From contig JAKQTR010000016.1 in assembly GCA_029562975.1 (NCBI GenBank), positions 35,887 to 99,886 of the forward strand: 64,000 nucleotides of DNA, written 5' to 3'. Origin of the DNA: Acidobacteriota bacterium. Its GTDB lineage: Bacteria; Acidobacteriota; Vicinamibacteria; Vicinamibacterales; JAKQTR01. A model generated the notes under the pieces. The model worked only from the letters and a program-made list of their open reading frames with translations. It did no database searches and was not told the DNA's origin. Shown here piece after piece: positions 63,500 through 64,000 of the stretch (positions are counted from its first letter, which is position 1; every line of letters starts with the position of its first letter). The position numbers and the translations under genes are program-made.

Positions 63500-64000
63500 T
63501 CAGGGCCGGAGGTCGGGCGTCCGGAAAACCGCCGTCCCCGCGGCGAGGTCGTGCAGCGCCTGGCGCCTGTCGCCGAGTGCGAGGAAGCAGCCGAGGAAGA
63601 CCAGGAGCCCGGCCGCCGTGGCAAACATCGCCAGGGGGCTGAGGAGCGGCACGGCGCCGAGCAGCCCGAACAGCGCGCCCGAGTACTTGACGGCCCAGCG
63701 TCTCACGCAGACCGGCAGCGGCGCACGCCGGCCGTCCTCGAGTCCGATCTTCAGCCGCAGCGCCATCTTCCCCGGCGACGCGCCCGTGAACGCCTCGATG
63801 AGGCTGTAGAGGAACGTGACGCCGCTGGTCGCCGCGAGGGCGCCGACGAGAGCGCCGACGAAGGCGCCGGCTGCGGCCGTCGCCGCGGCGTCCGCGCCGG
63901 CCCCGCCGAAGGCCCGCCCGGCGGCGCCTCCAATCAGCCCGCCGAGGGTGCCGCCGACGCCAGCCGCCAGCGCGAGGATGACGGCGGCATCGATCAGCGC
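63500..64000 (-). CDS. RDD family membrane protein, C-terminal part. The N-terminus lies beyond the right window edge
   Basis: The track shows only 63500..63766. My reading of the same frame is open to 64000: ALIDAAVILALAAGVGG...TFLYSLIEAFTGASPGKMALRLKIGLEDG...LHDLAAGTAVF, an RDD-domain-like pattern. Confidence 0.7.
   Translation of the reverse strand, partial: ALIDAAVILALAAGVGGTLGGLIGGAAGRAFGGAGADAAATAAAGAFVGALVGALAATSGVTFLYSLIEAFTGASPGKMALRLKIGLEDGRRAPLPVCVRRWAVKYSGALFGLLGAVPLLSPLAMFATAAGLLVFLGCFLALGDRRQALHDLAAGTAVFRTPDLRP

Overview
This is a very GC-rich bacterial chromosomal segment, roughly 70% G+C by eye. I saw no rRNA, tRNA, CRISPR array, transposase, integrase or phage gene. I support about 48 protein genes: the best frame at each locus in the ORF track, plus one gene that runs off each window edge and one sub-60-aa ORF I read myself. 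Most long ORFs in the track are stop-depleted antisense or alternate frames and are rejected.

Gene content looks like a soil Acidobacteriota- or Gemmatimonadota-type genome (inference only, unverified).
- **Efflux and housekeeping:** an RND efflux pair, monomeric isocitrate dehydrogenase, and an unusually long GMP synthase.
- **Sugar module (9.2-13.7 kb):** a periplasmic oxidative module of two Tat-signal xylose-isomerase-like TIM barrels, a Tat-signal Gfo/Idh/MocA oxidoreductase and a DUF1080 protein.
- **Six-gene minus-strand operon (12.9-20.7 kb):** SSS transporter, GH84, GATase1-like, neutral-ceramidase-like, HGSNAT-like acyltransferase, DUF1080.
- **PIG-L locus (21.8-29.7 kb):** PIG-L deacetylase, APC permease and a DUF5916/CBM9 protein, divergent from an SSS transporter coupled to a BNR sialidase-like protein.
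- **Envelope proteins:** Sel1, PEGA and a TolA-like-helix protein.
- **Corrinoid operon (37.7-43.3 kb):** corrinoid protein, UroD/MtaA-like protein, penicillin-acylase-family protein and a Cys/Met PLP enzyme.
- **Other:** an exported tricorn protease, an OYE flavoenzyme, a HAMP-SpoIIE phosphatase and a 5'-nucleotidase.

The best candidate for an undescribed system is at 58.3-63.1 kb. It is an operon of an AmmeMemoRadiSam radical SAM enzyme with a twin-arginine signal, a signal-peptide-bearing Memo-AMMECR1 fusion, and a translationally coupled polytopic spermidine-synthase-like membrane protein.

Non-coding observations:
- a nested multi-stem structure in a convergent spacer (10367-10452);
- G-tract and GGATTC repeat spacers directly after two stop codons;
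- a shared TTCTGGATTCT...CCGGATT motif in two spacers;
- a recurrent TGTAnnAT extended -10-like motif;
- several SD-less genes with a -10 hexamer 6-12 nt upstream, suggesting leaderless or short-leader transcripts.
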